Source: Eledone cirrhosa
Lineage: Eukaryota
Reading direction: 5' to 3'
Assembly (NCBI GenBank): GCA_964016885.1
Contig: OZ024742.1
Span: forward strand, 361,274,001 to 361,338,000
Length of the DNA stretch: 64,000 nucleotides
The translations under genes and the position numbers were made by a program. This document shows, piece by piece, positions 32,589 through 47,618 of the stretch. The notes beneath the pieces were generated by a model. It was not told the origin of the DNA, made no database searches, and saw only the letters and a program-made list of their open reading frames with translations. Each line of letters opens with the position of its first letter. Position 1 is the stretch's first letter.

Positions 32589-35500
32589 TCAAAGGGTATA
32601 TATAGCAATACATAGAATTACCATCAACAAAGGGTATATAGCTATATATAGAATTACATCAACAAAGGGTATATAGCTATACATAGAATTACCATCAACA
32701 AACAGTATATAGCTATACATAGAATTACCATCATCAAACAGTATATAGTTATACATAGAATTACAATTAACAAACAGTATATAGCTATACATAGAATTAC
32801 CATCATCAAAGGGTATATTTAGCTATACATAGAATTACCATCATCAAACAGTATATAGCTATACACAGAATTACCATCATCAAAGGGTATATAGCTATAC
32901 ATAGAATTACCATCATCAAACAGTATATAGCTATACATAGAATTACCATCATCAAAGGGTATATAGCTATACACAGAATTACCATCAACAAACAGTATAT
33001 AGCTATACATAGAATTACCATCATCAAAGGGTATATAGCTATACACAGAATTACCATCAACAAACAGTATATAGCTATATATAGAATTACCATCAACAAA
33101 CAGTATATAGCTATACATAGAATTAGCATCATCAAACAGTATATAGCTATACATAGAATTACCATCAACAAAGGGTATATATATAGCTATACATAGAATT
33201 AATTCATCAAAGGGTATATAGCTATACATAGAATTACCTTCATCAAACTGTATATAGCTATACACAGAATTACCATCAACAAACAGTATATAGCTATACA
33301 TAGAATTGCCATCAACAAAGGGTATATATAGCTATACATAGAATTACCATCATCAAAGGGTATATAGCTATACATAGAATTACCATCATCAAAGGGTATA
33401 TAGCTATACGTAGAATTACCATTATCAAAGGGTATATAGCTATACATAGAATTACATCAACAAAGGTTATATAGCTATACATAGAATTACCATCATCAAA
33501 GGGTATATAGCTATACACAGAATTACCATCATCAAAGGGTATATAGCTATACATAGAATTACCATCAACAAAGGGTATATAGCTATAAATAGAATTACCA
33601 TCATCAAAGGGTATATAGCTATACACAGAATTACCATCATCAAAGTGTATATAGCTATACACAGAATTACCATCATCAAAGGTTATATAGCTATGCCTAG
33701 AATTACCATCAACAAACAGTATATAGCTATACATAGAATTATCATCATCAAAGGGTATATAGCTATACATAGAATTACCATCAACAAAGGGTATATGGCT
33801 ATACATAGAATTACCATCAACAAAGGGTATATAGCTATACATAGAATTACCATCAACAAAGGGTATATAGTTATGCATAGAATTACCATCAACAAAGGGT
33901 ATATGGCTATACATAGAATTACCATCAACAAAGGGTATATAGCTATACATAGAATTACCATCAACAAAGGGTATATGGCTATACATAGAATTACCATCAA
34001 CAAAGGGTATATATAGCTATACATAGAATTACCATCAACAAAGCGTATATAGCTATACATAGAATTACCATCAACAAAGGGTATATGGCTATACATAGAA
34101 TTACCATCAACAAAGGGTATATAGCTATACACAGTATTACCATCATCAAAGGGTATATAGCTATACACAGAATTTCCATCATCAAATGGTATATGGCTAT
34201 ACATAGAATTACCATCAACAAACAGTATATAGCCATACATAGAATTACCATCAACCAAGGGTATATAGCTATACATAGAATTTCCATCAACAAAGGGTAT
34301 ATAGCTATACATAGAATTACCATCAACAAAGAGTATATAGCTATACATAGAATTACCATCAAGAAAGGGTATGTATAGCTATACACAGAATTACCATCAA
34401 CAAACAGTATATAGCCATACATAGAATTACCATCAACAAAGGGTATATAGCTATATATAGAATTACAGCAACAAAGGGTATATAGCTATACATAGAATTA
34501 CCATCAACAAACAGTATAGAGCTATACATAGAATTACCATCAACAAACAGTATATAGCTATACATATAATTAGCATCATCAAACAGTATATAGTTATACA
34601 TAGAATTACCATCAACAAACAGTATATAGCTATACATAGAATTAGCATCAACAAACAGTATATAGCTATACATAGAATTACCATCATCAAAGGGTATATA
34701 GCTATACATAGAATTACCATCATCAAACAGTATATAGCTATACATAGAATTACTATCAACAAACAGTATATAGCTATACATAGAATTACCATCATCAAAC
34801 AGTATATAGCTATACACAGAATTACCATCAACAAAGGGTATATATAGCTATACATAGAATTACCATCAACAAAGGGTATATAGCTATATATAGAATTACA
34901 TCAACAAAGGGTATATGGCTATACATAGAATTACCATCAACAAACAGTATATAGCTATACATAGAATTAGCATCATCAAACAGTATATAGCTATACACTG
35001 AATTACCATCAACAAAGGGTATATAAGCTATACACAGAATTACATCAAGAAAGGGTATATAGCTATACATAGAATTACATCAAAAAAGGGTATATAGCTA
35101 TACATAGAATTACCATCAACAAACAGTATATAGCAATACACAGAATTACCATCAACAAAGGGTATATAGCTATACATAGAATTACCATCAACAAACAGTA
35201 TATAGCTATACATAGAATTACCATCAACAAACAGTATATAGCTATACATAGAATTACCATCAACAAAGAGTATATAGCTATACATAGAATTACCATCAAC
35301 AAACAGTATATAGCTATACACAGAATTACCATCAACAAAGGGTATATAGCTATACACAGAATTACCATCAACAAAGGGTATATAGCTATACACAGAATTA
35401 CCATCAACAAAGGGTATATAGCTATACATAGAATTACCATCAACAAACAGTATATAGCCATACATAGAATTACCATCAACAAAGGGTATATAGCTATATA

Positions 35501-38500
35501 TAGAATTACATCAACAAAGGGTATATAGCTATACATAGAATTACCATCAACAAACAGTATAGAGCTATACATAGAATTACCATCAACAAACAGTATATAG
35601 CTATACATATAATTAGCATCATCAAACAGTATATAGTTATACATAGAATTACCATCAACAAACAGTATATAGCTATAAATAGAATTAGCATCAACAAACA
35701 GTATATAGCTATACATAGAATAACCATCATCAAAGGGTATATATAGCTATACATAGAATTACCATCAACAAACAGTATATAGCTATACATAGAATTACCA
35801 TCATCAAAGGGTATATAGCTATACATAGAATTACCATCATCAAACAGTATATAGTTATACATAGAATTACTATCAACAAACAGTATATAGCTATACATAA
35901 AATTAGCATCATCAAACAGTATATAGCTATACACAGAATTACCATCAACAAAGGGTATATAAGCTATACATAGAATTACCATCAACAAAGGGTATATATA
36001 GCTATACATAGAATTACCATCATCAAAGGGTATATATAGCTATACATAGAATTACCATCAACAAACAGTATATAGCTATACATAGAATTACCATCAACAA
36101 AGGGTATATAGCTATATATAGAATTACATCAACAAAGGGTATATGGCTATACATAGAATTACCATCAACAAATAGTATATAGATGTACATAGAATTACCA
36201 TCATCAAACAGTATATAGCTATACATAGAATTACCATCAACAAACAGTATATAGCTATACATAGAATTACCATCATCAAACAGTATATAGCTATACACAG
36301 AATTACCATCAACAAAGGGTATATAAGCTATACACAGAATTACATCAAGAAAGGGTATATAGCTATACATAGAATTACATCAACAAAGGGTATATAGCTA
36401 TACATAGAATTACCATCAACAAACAGTATATAGCTATACACAGAATTACCATCAACAAAGGGTATATAGCTATACACAGAATTACCATCAACAAAGGGTA
36501 TATAGCTATACACAGAATCACCATCATCAAAGGGTATATAGCTATGCCTAGAATTACCATCAACAAAAAGTATATAGCTATACATAGAATTACCATCATC
36601 AAAGGGTATATAGCTATACACAGAATTACCATCATCAAAGGGTATATAGCTATGGCTAGAATTACCATCAACAAAGGGTATATAGCTATACATAGAATTA
36701 CCATCATCAAAGGGTATATATCTATGCCTAGAATTGCCATCAACAAACAGTATATAGCTATACATAGAATTACCATCATCAAAGGGTATATAGCTATACA
36801 TAGAATTACCATCATCAAAGGGTATATATAGCTATACATAGAATTACCATCATCAAAGGGTATATATAGCTATACATAGAATTACCATCAACAAACAGTA
36901 TATAGCTATACATAGAATTACCATCATCAAAGGGTATATATAGCTATAAATAGAATTACCATCATCAAAGTGTATATATAGCTATACATAGAATTACCAT
37001 CAACAAAGGGTACATAGCTATACACAGAATTACCATCATCAAAGGGTATATAGCTATACATAGAATTACCATCATCAAAGGGTATATATAGCAATACATA
37101 GAATTACCATCAACAAAGGGTATATAGCTATATATAGAATTACCATCAACAAAGGGTATATAGCTATACATAGAATTACCATCATCAAACAGTATATAGC
37201 TATACATAGAATTACCATCATCAAACAGTATATAGCTATACACAGAATTACCATCATCAAAGGGTATATATAGCAATACATAGAATTACCATCAACAAAG
37301 GGTATATAGCTATATATAGAATTACCATCAACAAAGGGTATATAGCTATACATAGAATTACCATCAACAAACAGTATATAGCTAAACATAGAATTACCAT
37401 CAACAAAGGGTATATAGCTATACACAGAATTACCATCAACAAACAGTATATAGCTATACATAGAATTACCATCATCAAAGGGTATATAGCTATACACAGA
37501 ATTACCATCAACAAACAGTATATAGCTATACATAGAATTACCATCATCAAAGGGTATATAGCTATACACAGAATTACCATCAACAAACAGTATATAGCTA
37601 TATATAGAATTACCATCAACAAACAGTATATAGCTATACATAGAATTAGCATCATCAAACAGTATATAGCTATACATAGAATTACCATCAACAAAGGGTA
37701 TATATATAGCTATACATAGAATTAATTCATCAAAGGGTATATAGCTATACATAGAATTACCTTCATCAAACTGTATATAGCTATACACAGAATTACCATC
37801 AACAAACAGTATATAGCTATACATAGAATTGCCATCAACAAAGGGTATATATAGCTATACATAGAATTACCATCATCAAAGGGTATATAGCTATACATAG
37901 AATTACCATCAACAAATGGTATATAGCTATACATAGAATTACCATCAACAAACAGTATATAGCTATACATAGAATTACCATCATCAAAGGGTATATAGCT
38001 ATACACAGAATTACCATCATCAAAGGGTATATAGCTATACATAGAATTACCATCAACAAAGGGTATATAGCTATAAATAGAATTATATCAACAAAGGGTA
38101 TATAGCTATACACAGAATTACCATCATCAAAGGGTATATATCTATGCCTAGAATTACCATCAACAAAGGGTATATAGCTATACATAGAATTACCATCAAC
38201 AAACAGTATATAGCTATACATAGAATTACCATCACCAAAGGGTATATAGCTATACACAGAATTACCATCATCAAAGGGTATATAGCTATACATAGAATTA
38301 CCATCAACAAAGGGTATATAGCTATAAATAGAATTACCATCATCAAAGGGTATATAGCTATACACAGAATTACCATCATCAAAGGGTATATAGCTATACA
38401 CAGAATTACCATCATCAAAGGTTATATAGCTATGCCTAGAATTACCATCAACAAACAGTATATAGCTATACATAGAATTATCATCATCAAAGTGTATATA

Positions 38501-41500
38501 GCTATACATAGAATTACCATCAACAAAGGGTATATGGCTATACATAGAATTACCATCAACAAAGTGTATATAGCTATACATAGAATTACCATCAACAAAG
38601 GGTATATAGTTATGCATAGAATTACCATCAACAAAGGGTATATGGCTATACATAGAATTACCATCAACAAAGGGTATATAGCTATACATAGAATTACCAT
38701 CAACAAAGGGTATATGGCTATACATAGAATTACCATCAACAAAGGGTATATATAGCTATACATAGAATTACCATCAACAAAGCGTATATAGCTATACATA
38801 GAATTACCATCAACAAAGGGTATATGGCTATACATAGAATTACCATCAACAAACAGTATAGAGCTATACATAGAATTACCATCAACAAACAGTATATAGC
38901 TATACATAGAATTACCATCAACAAACAGTATATAGCCATACATAGAATTACCATCAACCAAGGGTATATAGCTATACATAGAATTTCCATCAACAAAGGG
39001 TATATAGCTATACATAGAATTTCCATCAACAAAGGGTATATAGCTATACATAGAATTACCATCAACAAAGAGTATATAGCTATACATAGAATTACCATCA
39101 AGAAAGGGTATGTATAGCTATACACAGAATTACCATCAACAAACAGTATATAGCCATACATAGAATTACCATCAACAAAGGGTATATAGCTATATATAGA
39201 ATTACATCAACAAAGGGTATATAGCTATACATAGAATTACCATCAACAAACAGTATAGAGCTATACATAGAATTACCATCATCAAAGGGTATATAGCTAT
39301 ACATAGAATTACCATCATCAAACAGTATATAGCTATACATAGAATTACTATCAACAAACAGTATATAGCTATACCTATAGAATTACCATCATCAAACAGT
39401 ATATAGCTATACACAGAATTACCATCAACAAAGGGTATATATAGCTATACATAGAATTACCATCAACAAAGGGTATATAGCTATATATAGAATTACATCA
39501 ACAAAGGGTATATGGCTATACATAGAATTACCATCAACAAACAGTATATAGCTATACATAGAATTAGCATCATCAAACAGTATATAGCTATACACTGAAT
39601 TACCATCAACAAAGGGTATATAAGCTATACACAGAATTACATCAAGAAAGGGTATATAGCTATACATAGAATTACATCAACAAAGGGTATATAGCTATAC
39701 ATAGAATTACCATCAACAAACAGTATATAGCAATACACAGAATTACCATCAACAAAGGGTATATAGCTATACATAGAATTACCATCAACAAACAGTATAT
39801 AGCTATACATAGAATTACCATCAACAAACAGTATATAGCTATACATAGAATTACCATCAACAAACAGTATATAGCTATACACAGAATTACCATCAACAAA
39901 GGGTATATAGCTATACACAGAATTACCATCAACAAAGGGTATATAGCTATACACAGAATTACCATCAACAAAGGGTATATAGCTATACATAGAATTACCA
40001 TCAACAAAGAGTATATAGCTATACACAGAATTACCATCAACAAAGGGTATATAGCTATACACAGAATTACCATCAACAAACAGTATATAGCCATACATAG
40101 AATTACCATCAACAAAGGGTATATAGCTATATATAGAATTACATCAACAAAGGGTATATAGCTATACATATAATTACCATCAACAAACAGTATAGAGCTA
40201 TACATAGAATTACCATCAACAAACAGTATATAGCTATACATATAATTAGCATCATCAAACAGTATATAGTTATACATAGAATTACCATCAACAAACAGTA
40301 TATAGCTATAAATAGAATTAGCATCAACAAACAGTATATAGCTATACATAGAATAACCATCATCAAAGGGTATATATAGCTATACATAGAATTACCATCA
40401 ACAAACAGTATATAGCTATACATAGAATTACCATCATCAAAGGGTATATAGCTATACATAGAATTACCATCATCAAACAGTATATAGTTATACATAGAAT
40501 TACTATCAACAAACAGTATATAGCTATACATAAAATTAGCATCATCAAACAGTATATAGCTATACACAGAATTACCATCAACAAAGGGTATATAAGCTAT
40601 ACATAGAATTACCATCAACAAAGGGTATATATAGCTATACATAGAATTACCATCATCAAAGGGTATATATAGCTATACATAGAATTACCATCAACAAACA
40701 GTATATAGCTATACATAGAATTACCATCAACAAAGGGTATATAGCTATATATAGAATTACATCAACAAAGGGTATATGGCTATACATAGAATTACCATCA
40801 ACAAACAGTATATAGATGTACATAGAATTACCATCATCAAACAGTATATAGCTATACATAGAATTACCATCAACAAACAGTATATAGCTATACATAGAAT
40901 TACCATCATCAAACAGTATATAGCTATACACAGAATTACCATCAACAAAGGGTATATAAGCTATACACAGAATTACATCAAGAAAGGGAATATAGCTATA
41001 CATAGAATTACATCAACAAAGGGTATATAGCTATACATAGAATTACCATCAACAAACAGTATATAGCTATACACAGAATTACCATCAACAAAGGGTATAT
41101 AGCTATACACAGAATTACCATCAACAAAGGGTATATAGCTATACACAGAATCACCATCATCAAAGGGTATATAGCTATGCCTAGAATTACCATCAACAAA
41201 AAGTATATAGCTATACATAGAATTACCATCATCAAAGGGTATATAGCTATACACAGAATTACCATCATCAAAGGGTATATAGCTATGCCTAGAATTTCCA
41301 TCAACAAAGGGTATATAGCTATACATAGAATTACCATCATCAAAAGGTATATAGCTATACATAGAATTACCATCAACAAACAGTATATAGCTATACATAG
41401 AATTACCATCATCAAAGGGTATATAGCTATACATAGAATCACCATCATCAAAGGGTATATATAGCTATACATAGAATTACCATCATCAAAGGGTATATAT

Positions 41501-42900
41501 AGCTATACATAGAATTACCATCAACAAACAGTATATAGCTATACATAGAATTACCATCATCAAAGGGTATATATAGCTATACATAGAATTACCATCATCA
41601 AAGTGTATATATAGCTATACATAGAATTACCATCAACAAAGGGTACATAGCTATACACAGAATTACCATCATCAAAGGGTATATAGCTATACATAGAATT
41701 ACCATCATCAAAGGGTATATATAGCAATACATAGAATTACCATCAACAAAGGGTATATAGCTATATATAGAATTACATCAACAAAGGGTATATAGCTATA
41801 CATAGAATTACCATCAACAAACAGTATATAGCTATACATAGAATTACCATCATCAAACAGTATATAGCTATACATAGAATTACAATCAACAAACAGTATA
41901 TAGCTATACATAGAATTACCATCATCAAAGGGTATATTTAGCTATACATAGAATTACCATCATCAAACAGTATATAGCTATACACAGAATTACCATCATC
42001 AAAGGGTATATAGCTATACATAGAATTACCATCATCAAACAGTATATAGCTATACATAGAATTACCATCATCAAAGGGTATATAGCTATACACAGAATTA
42101 CCATCAACAAACAGTATATAGCTATACATAGAATTACCATCATCAAAGGGTATATAGCTATACACAGAATTACCATCAACAAACAGTATATAGCTATATA
42201 TAGAATTACCATCAACAAACAGTATATAGCTATACATAGAATTAGCATCATCAAACAGTATATAGCTATACATAGAATTACCATCAACAAAGGGTATATA
42301 TATAGCTATACATAGAATTAATTCATCAAAGGGTATATAGCTATACATAGAATTACCTTCATCAAACTGTATATAGCTATACACAGAATTACCATCAACA
42401 AACAGTATATAGCTATACATAGAATTGCCATCAACAAAGGGTATATATAGCTATACATAGAATTACCATCATCAAAGGGTATATAGCTATACATAGAATT
42501 ACCATCATCAAAGGGTATATAGCTATACGTAGAATTACCATTATCAAAGGGTATATAGCTATACATAGAATTACATCAACAAAGGGTATATAGCTATACA
42601 TAGAATTACCATCATCAAAGGGTATATAGCTATACACAGAATTACCATCATCAAAGGGTATATAGCTATACATAGAATTACCATCAACAAAGGGTATATA
42701 GCTATAAATAGAATTACCATCATCAAAGGGTATATAGCTATACACAGAATTACCATCATCAAAGGGTATATAGCTATACACAGAATTACCATCATCAAAG
42801 GTTATATAGCTATGCCTAGAATTACCATCAACAAACAGTATATAGCTATACATAGAATTATCATCATCAAAGGGTATATAGCTATACATAGAATTACCAT
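32589..42900. repeat. Overlapping satellite block duplications, offsets 9119 bp and 4633 bp
   Basis: Pairs 32589/41708, 32806/41925 and 33199/42318 (+9119); pairs 35506/40139, 35730/40363, 36023/40656 and 36340/40973 (+4633). Confidence 0.82.
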
Positions 42901-45900
42901 CAACAAAGGGTATATGGCTATACATAGAATTACCATCAACAAAGGGTATATGGCTATACATAGAATTACCATCAACAAACAGTATAGAGCTATACATAGA
43001 ATTACCATCAACAAACAGTATATAGCTATACATAGAATTACCATCAACAAACAGTATATAGCCATACATAGAATTACCATCAACCAAGGGTATATAGCTA
43101 TACATAGAATTTCCATCAACAAAGGGTATATAGCTATACATAGAATTTCCATCAACAAAGGGTATATAGCTATACATAGAATTACCATCAACAAAGAGTA
43201 TATAGCTATACATAGAATTACCATCAAGAAAGGGTATGTATAGCTATGCACAGAATTACCATCAACAAACAGTATATAGCCATATATAGAATTACCATCA
43301 ACAAAGGGTATATAGCTATATATAGAATTACATCAACAAAGGGTATATAGCTATACATAGAATTACCATCAACAAACAGTATAGAGCTATACATAGAATT
43401 ACCATCAACAAACAGTATATAGCTATACATATAATTAGCATCATCAAACAGTATATAGTTATACATACAATTACCATCAACAAACAGTATATAGCTATAC
43501 ATAGAATTAGCATCAACAAACAGTATATAGCTATACATAGAATTACTATCAACAAACAGTATATAGCTATACATAGAATTAGCATCATCAAACAGTATAT
43601 AGCTATACACAGAATTACCATCAACAAAGGGTATATATAGCTATACATAGAATTACCATCAACAAAGGGTATATAGCTATATATAGAATTACATCAACAA
43701 AGGGTATATGGCTATACATAGAATTACCATCAACAAACAGTATATAGCTATACATAGAATTAGCATCATCAAACAGTATATAGCTATACACAGAATTACC
43801 ATCAACAAAGGGTATATAAGCTATACACAGAATTACATCAAGAAAGGGTATATAGCTATACATAGAATTACATCAACAAAGGGTATATAGCTATACATAG
43901 AATTACCATCAACAAACAGTATATAGCTATACACAGAATTACCATCAACAAAGGGTATAGATCTATACATAGAATTACCATCAACAAACAGTATATAGCT
44001 ATACATAGAATTACTATCAACAAACAGTATATAGCTATACATAGAATTACCATCAACAAACAGTATATAGCTATACACAGAATTACCATCAACAAAGGGT
44101 ATATAGCTATACACAGAATTACCATCAACAAAGGGTATATAGCTATACACAGAATTACCATCAACAAAGGGTATATAGCTATACATAGAATTACCATCAA
44201 CAAAGAGTATATAGCTATACACAGAATTACCATCAACAAAGGGTATATAGCTATACACTGAATTACCATCAACAAAGGTTATATAGCTATACACAGAATT
44301 ACCATCATCAAAGGGTATATAGCTATGCCTAGAATTACCATCAACAAAAAGTATATAGCTATACATAGAATTACCATCATCAAAGGGTATATAGCTATAC
44401 ACAGAATTACCATCATCAAAGGGTATATAGCTATGCCTAGAATTACCATCAACAAAGGGTATATAGCTATACATAGAATTACCATCATCAAAGGGTATAT
44501 AGCTATACATAGAATTACCATCAACAAACAGTATATAGATATACATAGAATTACCATCATCAAAGGGTATATAGCTATACATAGAATTACCATCATCAAA
44601 GAGTATATAGCTATACATAGAATTACCATCATCAAAGGGTATATAGCTATACACAGAATTACCATCAACAAACAGTATATAGCTATACATAGAATTACCA
44701 TCATCAAACAGTATATAGCTATATATAGAATTACCATCAACAAAGAGTATATAGCTATACACAGAATTACCATCATCAAAGGGTATATAGCTATACATAG
44801 AATTACCATCATCAAAGAGTATATAGCTATACATAGAATTACCATCATCAAAGGGTATATAGCTATACACAGAATTACCATCAACAAACAGTATATAGCT
44901 ATACATAGAATTACCATCATCAAAGGGTATATAGCTATACACAGAATTACCATCAACAAACAGTATATAGCTATATATAGAATTACCATCAACAAACAGT
45001 ATATAGCTATACATAGAATTAGCATCATCAAACAGTATAGAGCTATACATAGAATTACCATCAACAAAGGGTATATATAGCTATACATAGAATTACCATC
45101 ATCAAAGGGTATATAGCTATACATAGAATTACATCAACAAAGGGTATATAGCTATACATAGAATTACAATCATCAAAGGGTATATAGCTATACGTAGAAT
45201 TACCATTATTAAAGGGTATATAGCTATACATAGAATTACATCAACAAAGGGTATATAGCTATATATAGAATTACCATCATCAAAGGGTATATAGCTATAC
45301 ACAGAATTACCATCATCAAAGGGTATATAGCTATACACAGAATTACCATCAACAAAGGGTATATAACTATACATAGAATTACCATCAACAAAGGGTATAT
45401 AGCTATGCATAGAATTACCATCAACAAAGGGTATATGGCTATACATAGAATTACCATCAACAAAGGGTATATAGCTATACATAGAATTACCATCAACAAA
45501 CAGTATAGAGCTATACATAGAATTACCATCAACAAACAGTATATAGCTATACATAGAATTAGCATCAACAAACAGTATATAGCTATACACAGAATTACCA
45601 TCAACAAAGGGTATATATAGCTATACATAGAATTACCATCAACAAAGGGTATATAGCTATATATAGAATTACATCAACAAAGGGTATATGGCTATACATA
45701 GAATTACCATCAACAAACAGTATATAGATGTACATAGAATTACCATCATCAAACAGTATATAGCTATACACAGAATTACCATCAACAAAGGGTATATAAG
45801 CTATACACAGAATTACATCAAGAAAGGGTATATAGCTATACATAGAATTACATCAACAAAGGGTATATAGCTATACATAGAATTACCATCAACAAACAGT

Positions 45901-47092
45901 ATATAGCTATACACAGAATTACCATCAACAAAGGGTATATAGCTATACATAGAATTACCATCAACAAACAGTATATAGCTATACATAGAATTACCATCAA
46001 CAAACAGTATATAGCTATACACAGAATTACCATCAACAAAGTGTATATAGCTATACACAGAATTACCATCAACAAAGGGTATATAGCTATACACAGAATT
46101 ACCATCAACAAAGGGTATATAGCTATACATAGAATTACCATCAACAAAGAGTATATAGCTATACACAGAATTACCATCAACAAAGGGTATATAGCTATGC
46201 CTAGAATTACCATCAACAAAAAGTATATAGCTATACATAGAATTACCATCCTCAAAGGGTATATAGCTATACACAGAATTACCATCATCAAAGGGTATAT
46301 AGCTATGCCTAGAATTACCATCAACAAAGGGTATATAGCTATACATAGAATTACCATCAACAAACAGTATATAGCTATACATAGAATTGCCATCAACAAA
46401 CAGTATATAGCTATACATAGAATTACCATCATCAAAGGGTATATATAGCTATACATAGAATTACCATCATCAAAGTGTATATATAGCTATACATAGAATT
46501 ACCATCAACAAAGGGTACATAGCTATACACAGAATTACCATCATCAAAGGGTATATAGCTATACATAGAATTACCATCATCAAAGGGTATATATAGCTAT
46601 ACATAGAATTACCATCAACAAAGTGTATATAGCTATATATAGAATTACATCAACAAAGGGTATATAGTTATACATAGAATTACCATCAACAAAGGGTATA
46701 TGGCTATACATAGCATTACCATCAACAAAGGGTATATAGCTATACATAGAATTACGATCAACAAAGAGTATATGGCTATACGTAGAATTACCATCAACAA
46801 AGGGTATATATAGCTATACATAGAATTACCATCAACAAAGGGTATATAGATATACATAGAATTACCATCAACAAAGGGTATATGGCTATACATAGAATTA
46901 CCATCAACAAAGGGTATATAGCTATACACAGAATTACCATCATCAAAGGGTTTATAGCTATACATAGAATTACCATTAACAAAGGGTATATAGCTATACA
47001 CAGAATTTCCATCATCAAAGGGTATATGGCTATACATAGAATTACCATCAACAAACAGTATATAGCCATACATAGAATTACCATCAACAAAG

Positions 47093-47254
47093 ATAGACGG
47101 TAGCCACGGAATAGGCAGACCTAGAAAAACCTGGGATGAGCTGATAAACTCCGACCTCACACACTTACACCTCTCCAAGACAATGTCACTGGACCGAGAC
47201 CTTTGGCGGTACTCAGTAGCAGAGAAGTCCCGCCTTGCCAGTAGGCATCTCTAA
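47093..47254 (+). pseudogene. C-terminal 53 codons of an RTE-type LINE ORF (fragment, no start). Same fragment at 54583-54744, 57311-57472 and 60292-60453
   Basis: Manual translation: IDGSHGIGRPRKTWDELINSDLTHLHLSKTMSLDRDLWRYSVAEKSRLASRHL*. It fits the recalled RTE C-terminal signature G.R.RGRP+..W...+..D+..........DR..WR. It is absent from the ORF track. Confidence 0.88.
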
Positions 47255-47618
47255 CAAAATACACCCCGTTCCGCCACCACCCCCACCCCATCCTCACCAC
47301 CCCGTTCTATGTAAAGTTATGTTGGTGCCGCGCCATCCAGGCGGAAACAAATGAGATCGTGTAGGTGACACGACAAAAAAACACACAGTCCACGCTGTAA
47401 TGTGGCCGTGTAGGCAACACGGTAAAAACCTCCCAGACCCACACTGTAAATGTGGTTGGTGTTAGGAAGGGCATCCAACTGTAGAAAACCTGCCAGACAG
47501 TCCTATGCGAGCAAGACAATCACTCTTGCCTCAAGCTCAAGTGGGACTACCCCCGTCCAAACCCATGCAAGCGTGAGAACACGGACGTTAAACGTTGATG
47601 ATGATGATGATGATGATG
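47093..47618 (+). mobile_element. 5'-truncated RTE-clade non-LTR retrotransposon, insertion A copy 1 (526 bp)
   Basis: GC-richer non-satellite segment comprising an ORF C-terminus (GRPRKTW...DL...DRDLWR), stop at 47254, 3' UTR with GGTTGGTGTTAGGAAGGGCATCC, terminal stem-loop and (TGA)7TG tail at 47596-47618. AAAG is duplicated at 47089-47092 and 47619-47622. Confidence 0.9.

Noticed and set aside
1-47000. Monomer variant order as an information-bearing binary code
   Set aside because: The order is explained by nested block duplications plus point mutation and TA slippage. Nothing in the sequence indicates a reading mechanism.
46645-47519. Minus-strand ORFs MERCKCVRSEF... and MSCSHRTVWQVF..., repeated four times
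   Set aside because: They are antisense readings of the RTE C-terminus and 3' UTR, repeated only because the DNA block was duplicated.
47082-47601. Terminal inverted repeats (left flank CATCAAC vs GTTGATG at the tail start), suggesting a DNA transposon or MITE
   Set aside because: The left arm is ordinary satellite sequence outside the insert. The 5' truncation, ORF C-terminus and microsatellite tail indicate a non-LTR retroelement.
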